The notes beneath the pieces are model-generated. The model did no database searches. It was not told the DNA's origin and saw only the letters and a program-made list of their open reading frames with translations. The position numbers and the translations under genes were made by a program. Shown here piece after piece: positions 57,406 to 64,000 of a DNA stretch of 64,000 nt (position 1 is its first letter; each line of letters starts with the position of its first letter). Source of the DNA: Eledone cirrhosa (taxonomy: Eukaryota); contig OZ024744.1 of the NCBI GenBank assembly GCA_964016885.1, forward strand, positions 35,960,001 to 36,024,000. Direction: 5' to 3'.

Positions 57406-60400
57406 GTTCAACAATCTGGCAGGAAGGTATACGTTGCTGACGATAGCTAATAAGCTTGAAACTAGTACAGCGTTCCTTTGTCAGTGTTGAACAAACGAGC
57501 AACGTTGGTTGCTGGACACTACGGCTTAATACGAGAAGTTTGTTTACAAACACACCGAGCATTATAATAAATGTTCGGTGAATCCATACGTACATATATA
57601 TATGTGTGCATGTATGTATGTATATATACACATTACTGTACGTCTGTATACATATATGTATGTACGTCTACATACTTATATTTAAGTAACAGCCGTACTA
57701 AGAGTGTGAAATGAAATTTCGTTTCATTTTTTTCCGTTTATCTTTTTCGGTGCACCCGGACGATTAATCCACTCGATATGCAAATTAGGTATCTCAGCTG
57801 TTAATATGCATAAGGTAAGTATATACGTTCAACAATTTTGGCAGGAAGGTATACGTTGCTGGCGATAGCTAATAAGCTTGAAACTAGTACAGCGTTCCTT
57901 TGTCAGTGTTGAACAAACGAGCAACGATGGTTGCTGGACACTACGGCTTAATACGTCATGTTTGTTTATAAACACACCGAGCATTATAATAAATGATTCG
58001 GTGAGTCCATACGTACATATATATATGTGTGCATATATGTATATATATATATACATACTACTGTACGTCTGTATACATATATGTATGTACGGCTACATAC
58101 TTATATTTAAGTAACAGCCGTACTAAGAGTGGGAAATGAAATTTCGTTTCATTTTTTCTGTTTATCGTTTTCAGTGCACCCGGCCGATTAACTAACTCGA
58201 TATGCAAATTAGGCATCTCAGCTGTTAATATGCATAAGGTAAGTATATACGTTCAACAATTTGGCAGGAAGGTATACGTTGTTGACGATAGCTAATAAGC
58301 TTGAAACTAGTACAGCGTTCCTTTGTCAGTGTTGAACAAACGAGCAACGTTTGTTGCTGGACACTAGGGCTTAATACGGGATATTTGTTTACAAACACAG
58401 CGAGCATTAAAATAAAAGTTCGGCAAATCCATACGTAAAGATATATATGTGTGCATGTATGTATATATATATATACATACTACTGTACGTTTCTATACAT
58501 ATATGTATGTACGTGTACATACTTATATTTAAGTAACAGCCGTACTAAGAGTGGGGAATGAAATTTCGTTTCATTTTTTCCGTTTATCGTTTTCGGTGCA
58601 CCCGGCCGATTAACCCACTCGATATGCAAATTGGGCTTCTCAGCTGTTAATATGCATAAGGTAAGTATATACGTTCAACAATCTGGCAGAAAGGTATACG
58701 TTGCTGACGATAGCTAATAAGCTTGAAACTAGTACAGCGTTCTTTTGTCAGTGTTGAACAAACGAGCAACGATGGTTGCTGGATACTACGGCTCAATACG
58801 GGATATTTGTTTACAAAAACACCGAGCATTAAAATAAATGTTCGGTGAATCCATACGTACATATATATATATGTGTGCATGTATGTATATATATATATAC
58901 ATACTACTGTACGTTTGTATACATATATGTATGTACGTGTACATACTTATATTTAAGTAACAGCCGTACTAAGAGTGGGAAATGAAATTTCGTTTCATTT
59001 TTTCCGTTTATCGTTTTCGGTGCACCCGGCCTATTAACCCACTCGATATGCAAATTGAGCTTCTCAGCTGTTAATATGCGTAAGGTAAGTATATACGTTC
59101 AACAATCTGTCAGGAAGGTATACGTTGCTGACGATAGCTAATAAGCTTGAAACTAGTACAGCGTACCTTTGTCAGTATTGAACAAACGAGCAACGATGGT
59201 TGCTGGACACTACGGCTTAATACGGGATGTTTGTTTACAAACACACCGAGCATTATAATAAATGTTCTGTGAATCCATACGTACATATATATATATGTGT
59301 GCATGTATGTATATATATATATATACATACTACAGTACGTCTGTATACATATTTGTATGTACGTCTACATACTTATATTTAAGAAACACCCGTACTAAGA
59401 GTGGGAAATGAAATTTCGTTTCATTTTTTCCGTTCATCGTTTTCGGTGCACCCGACTGATTAACCCACTCGATATGCAAATTGGGCTTCTCAGCTGTTAA
59501 TATGCATAAGGTAAGTATATACGTTCAACAATCTGGCAGGAAGGTATACGTTGCTGACGATAGCTAATAAGCTTGAAACTAGTACAGCGTTCCTTTGTCA
59601 GTGTTGAACAAACGAGCAACGATGGTTGCTGGACACTACGGCTTAATACGTCATGTTTGTTTATAAACACACCGAGCATTATAATAAATGATTCGGTGAA
59701 TCCATACGTACATATATATATATGTGTGCATATATGTATATATATATACATACTACTGTACGTCTGTATACATATATGTATGTACGGCTACATACTTATA
59801 TTCAAGTAACAGCCGTACTAAGAGTGGGAAATGAAATTTCGTTTCATTTTTTCTGTTTATCGTTTTCAGTGCACCCGGCCGATTAACTAACTCGATATGC
59901 AAATTAGGCATCTCAGCTGTTAATATGCATAAGGTAAGTATATACGTTCAACAATTTGGCAGGAAGATATACGTTGCTGACGATAGCTAATAAGCTTGAA
60001 ATTAGTACAGCGTTCCTTTGTCAGTGTTGAACAAACGAGCAACGATGGTTGCTGGACACTACGGCTTAATACGGGATAATTGTTTACAAACACACCGAGC
60101 ATTAAAATAAATGTTCGGTGAATCCATACGTAAAGATATATATGTGTGCATGTATGTATCTATATATACATACTACTGTACCTCTGTATACATATATGTA
60201 TGTACGGGTACATACTTATATTTAAGTAACAGCCGTACTAAGACGGGGAATGAAATTTCGTTTCATTTTTTCCGTTTATCGTTTTCGGTGCACCCGGCCG
60301 ATTAACCCACTCGATATGCAAATTAGGCTTCTCAGCTGTTAATATGCATAAGGTAAGTATATACGTTCAACAATCTGGCAGAAAGGTATACGTTGGTGAC

Positions 60401-63400
60401 GATAGCTAATAAGCTTGAAACTAGTACAGCGTTCTTTTGTCAGTGTTGAACAAACGAGCAACGATGGTTGCTGGATACTACGGCTCAATACGGGATATTT
60501 GTTTACAAAAACACCGAGCATTAAAATAAATGTTCGGTGAATCCATACGTACATACATATATGTGTGCATGTATGTATATATATATACATACTACTGTAC
60601 GTCTGTATACATATATGTATGTACGTGTACATACTTATATTTAAGTAACAGCCGTACTAAGAGTGGGAATGAAATTTCGTTTCATTTTTTCCGTTTATCG
60701 TTTTCGGTGCACCCGGCCGATTAACCCACTCGATATGCAAATTGGGCTTCTCAGCTGTTAATATGCATAAGGCAAGTATATACGTTCAACAATCTGGCAG
60801 GAAGGTATACGTTGCTGACGATAGCTAATAAGCTTGAAACTAGTACAGCTTTCCTTTGTCAGTGTTGAACAAACGAGCAACGATGGTTGCTGGACACTAC
60901 GGCTTAATACGGGATAGTTGTTTACAAACACACAGAGCATTAAAATAAATGTTCGGTGAATCCATACGTAAAGATATATATGTGTGCATGTATGTATCTA
61001 TATATACATACTACTGTACGTCTGTATACATATATGTATGTACGTGTACATACTTATATTTAAGTAACAGCCGTACTAAGACGGGGAATGAAATTTCGTT
61101 TCATTTTTTCCGTTTATCGTTTTCGGTGCACCCGGCCGATTAACCCACTCGATATGCAAATTAGGCTTCTCAGCTGTTAATATGCATAAGGTAAGTATAT
61201 ACGTTCAACAATCTGGCAGAAAGGTATACGTTGGTGACGATAGCTAATAAGCTTGAAACTAGTACAGCGTTCTTTTGTCAGTGTTGAACAAACGAGCAAC
61301 GACGGTTGCTGGATACTACGGTTCAATACGGGATATTTGTTTACAAAAAGACCGAGCATTAAAATAAATGTTCGGTGAATCCATACGTAAAGATATATAT
61401 GTGTGCATGTATGTATATATATATACATACTACTGTACGTCTGTATACATATATGTATGTACGTGTACATACTTATATTTAAGTAACAGCCGTACTAAGA
61501 GTGGGAATGAAATTTCGTTTCATTTTTTCCGTTTATCGTTTTCGGTGCACCCGGCCGATTAACCCACTCGATATGCAAATTGGGCTTCTCAGCTGTTAAT
61601 ATGCATAAGGCAAGTATATACGTTCAACAATCTGGCAGGAAGGTATACGTTGCTGACGATAGCTAATAAGCTTGAAACTAGTACAGCGTTCCTTTGTCAG
61701 TGTTGAACAAACGAGCAACGATGGTTGCTGGACACTAGGGCTTAATACGGGATATTTGTTTACAAAAACACCGAGCATTAAAATAAATGTTCGGTGAACC
61801 CATACGTAAAGATATATATCTGTGCATGTATGTATATATATATACATACTACTGTACGTCTGTATACATATATGTATGTACGTCTACATACTTATATTTA
61901 AGTAACAGCCGTACTAAGAGTGGGAAATGAAATTTTGTTTCATTTTTCCGTTTATCGTTTTCGGTGGACCCGGCCGATTAACCCACTCGATATGCAAATT
62001 AGGCTTCTCAGCTGTTAATATGCATAAGGTAATTATATGCGTTCAACAATCTGGCAGGAAGTTATACGTTGCTGACGATAGCTAATAAGCTTGACACTAG
62101 TACAGCGTTCCTTTGTCAGAGTTGAACAAACGAGCAACGATGGTTGCTGGACACTACGGCTTAATACCGGATATTTGTTTACAAACACACCGAGCATTAT
62201 AATAAATGTTTGGTGAATCCATACGTGAATATATGTATGTGTGCATGTATGTATAGATATATATACATACTACTGTACGTCTGTATACATATATGTATGT
62301 ACGTCTACATACTTATATTTAAGTAACAGCCGTACTAAGAGTGGGAAATGAAATTTTGTTTCATTTTTCCGTTTATCGTTTTCGGTGGACCCGGCCGATT
62401 AACCCACTCGATATGCAAATTAGGCTTCTCAGCTGTTAATATGCATAAGGTAAGTATATGCGTTCAACAATCTGGCCGAAGGTATACGTTGCTGACGATA
62501 GCTAATAAGCTTGACACTAGTACAGCGTTCCTTTGTCAGAGTTGAACAAACGAGCAACGATGGTTGCTGGACACTACGGCTTAATACCGGATATTTGTTT
62601 ACAAACACACCGAGCATTAAAATAAATGTTCGGTGAATCCATACGTAAAGATATATATGTGTGCATGTATGTATATATATATACATACAACTGTTCGTTT
62701 GTATACGTATATGTATGTACGTGTACATAATTATATTTAAGTAACAGCCGTACTAAGAGTGGGAAATGAAATTTCGTTTCATTTTTTCCGTTTATCGTTT
62801 TCGGTGCACCCGGCTTATTAACCCACTCGATATGCAAATTGAGCTTCTCAGCTGTTAATATGTATAAGGTAAGTATATACGTTCAACAATCTGTCAGGAA
62901 GGTATACGTTGCTGACGATAGCTAATAAGCTTGAAACTAGTACAGCGCTCCTTTGTCAGTGTTGAACAAACGAGCAACGATTGTTGCTGGACACTACGGC
63001 TTAATACGTGATGTTTGTTTACAAACACACCGAGCATTATAGTAAATGTTCGGTGAATCCATACGTACATATATATATATGAGTGTGCATGTATGTATAT
63101 ATATATACATACTACTGTACGTCTTTATACATATATGTATTTTTAAGTAACAGCCGTACTAAGAGTGGGAAATGAAATTTCGTTTCATTTTTCCGTTTAT
63201 CGTTTTCGGTGCACCCGGCCGATTAACCCACTCGATATGCAAATTAGGCTTCTCAGCTGTTAATATGCATAAGGTAAATATATACGTTCAACAATCTGGC
63301 AAGAAGGTGTACGTTGCTGACGATCGCTAATAAGCTTGAAACTAGTACAGCGTTCCTTTGTCAGTGTTGAACAAACGAGCAACGATAGTTGCTGGACACT

Positions 63401-64000
63401 ACGGCTTAATACGGGATGTTTGTTTACAAACACAACGAGGATTATAATAAATGTTCGGTGAATCCATACGTACATATATATATGTGTGCATGTATGTATA
63501 TATATATATACATACTACTGTACGTTTCTATACATATATGTATGTACGTGTGCATACTTATATTTAAGTCAGACGTACTAAGGGTGGTAAATGAAATTTC
63601 GTTTCATTTTTTCCGTTTATCGCTTTCGGTGCACCCGGCCGATTAACCCACTCGATATGCAAATTAGGCATCTCAGCTGTTAATATGCATAAGATAAGTA
63701 TATACGTTCAACAATTTGGCAGGAAGGTATACGTTGCTGACGATAGCTAATAAGCTTGAAACAAGTACAGCGTTCCTTTGACAGTGTTGAACAAACGAGC
63801 AACGATGGTTGCTGGACACTACGGCTTAATACGGGATATTTGTTTACAAACACACCAAGCATTAAAATAAATGTTCGGTGAATCCATACGGAAAGATATA
63901 TATGTGTGCATGTATGTATATATAAATATATACATACTACTGTACGTCTGTATACATATATGTATGTACGTTTACATACTTATATTTAAGTAACAGCCGT
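57406..64000 (+). repeat. ~420-bp tandem array (~16 units, runs off the window), each unit with a hammerhead motif: retrozyme-like satellite
   Basis: GTTCAACAAT recurs at ~57406, 57827, 58251, 58673, 59097, 59523, 59946, 60365, 60784, 61203, 61622, 62041, 62462, 62881, 63286 and 63706. Confidence 0.95.
57432..57472 (+). ncRNA. Minimal type I hammerhead (first of 16 copies); predicted cleavage after A57467
   Basis: CGTTG-CTGACGA-T-AGCT-AATA-AGCT-T-GAAAC-TA-GTA-CAGCG; stem I extends via GGCAGGAAGG / CCTTTGTC. Confidence 0.85.

Noticed and set aside
57805-57845. Spliced-leader RNA interpretation of the satellite (donor plus Sm-like AATTTTGG)
   Set aside because: The Sm-like sequence occurs in only a minority of units (most read AATCTGG), and the hammerhead explains the downstream structure better.
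57353-63862. Recurrent 60-99 aa minus-strand ORFs in the satellite
   Set aside because: Starts and lengths vary with microsatellite slippage and there is no recognisable motif; the conserved signal is the + strand RNA structure.

Overview
AT-rich, microsatellite-dense eukaryotic DNA. No host gene could be supported. The SINEs look like ones I recall from octopus, so the organism call is inference only. Contents: (i) decayed non-LTR retrotransposons: two Tx1/L1-like 3' ends with (TATC)n tails, an old RTE-like copy, three R4/Dong-like RT+restriction-like-endonuclease copies, and a GC-rich near full-length RTE/BovB-like copy at 54.1-57.4 kb; (ii) Penelope-like elements (PLEs; RT + GIY-YIG), including a 3.35-kb copy with ~360-400-bp inverted terminal pLTRs; (iii) Helitron-like elements and many SINEs; (iv) more than 15 fold-back (palindromic) inserts of ~100-850 bp lodged in (TA)n tracts, many carrying minimal type I hammerhead ribozymes (HHR); (v) from 57.4 kb to the window end, a ~420-bp tandem array of ~16 units. 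Every unit carries a minimal type I hammerhead motif (CUGACGA...GAAAC-UA-GUA), and each complete unit also has an ATGCAAAT octamer and an AG|GTAAGT donor. This is a candidate non-LTR retrozyme / circular-RNA-producing satellite. Most ORFs in the supplied track are microsatellite artefacts. All alignments and folds were done by eye.
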